Made by a program: the position numbers and the translations under genes. A stretch of 64,000 bases of DNA from Eremomyces bilateralis CBS 781.70 (Eukaryota), in assembly GCA_010015585.1 (NCBI GenBank), contig ML975152.1, one strand, 5' to 3'. The number at the start of each line of letters is the position of its first letter. Position 1 is the first letter of the stretch. This document shows, one piece after another, positions 63,776-64,000 of the stretch. Below the pieces are notes generated by a model. The model made no database searches, had not been told where the DNA came from, and worked only from the letters and a program-made list of their open reading frames with translations.

Positions 63776-64000
63776 TGTATCGGCGAATTTGTTAAGATGA
63801 TCTGGTAGTGCTAAACATTTATGAAGAGTCCTGAGCCAGAACCATGATGACGATGAACTTCTAGTCTCTAGTTGGCAGTTCATGCCCGAGGCAGCCATTT
63901 CCTAGCAGAACATGAACCAGGCACTCTGTGCTGTACCTATGTGACGAAGTCTATATCTTCAGATTCGCCGGCTTGACTTCGCTTATGAGACTAAAAGCAT

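Overview
Gene-dense, intron-containing genomic DNA from a filamentous ascomycete (Pezizomycotina, inferred from gene content and short GT-AG introns with CTRAC branch sites). About 25 protein-coding genes are supported: GT8, an MFS sugar transporter, SSN3/CDK8, GH43, an AA9 LPMO, an RGS-TM protein, a WD40/DCAF protein, HSP90, an SDR, ATP16, POB3, OAC1, a CFEM membrane protein, TKL1, a CMD/AhpD protein, a MYND-SET protein, a Zn2Cys6 TF, RPL22, CSN1, a C2H2 TF, APA2 and a few hypotheticals. There is also an 815-nt N gap and an intact Fot1/pogo DNA transposon. The main find is in the minus-strand C2H2 zinc-finger gene. Its TGA stop (52062-52060) lies in the leaky context TGA-CAA-TTA, is followed by a strong stem-loop, and precedes 153 more in-frame codons that look like protein. 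This is a candidate programmed stop-codon readthrough. The same gene has two in-frame alternative 5' splice donors and about 8 kb of gene-free upstream DNA. All gene models were read by eye; no database searches were run.
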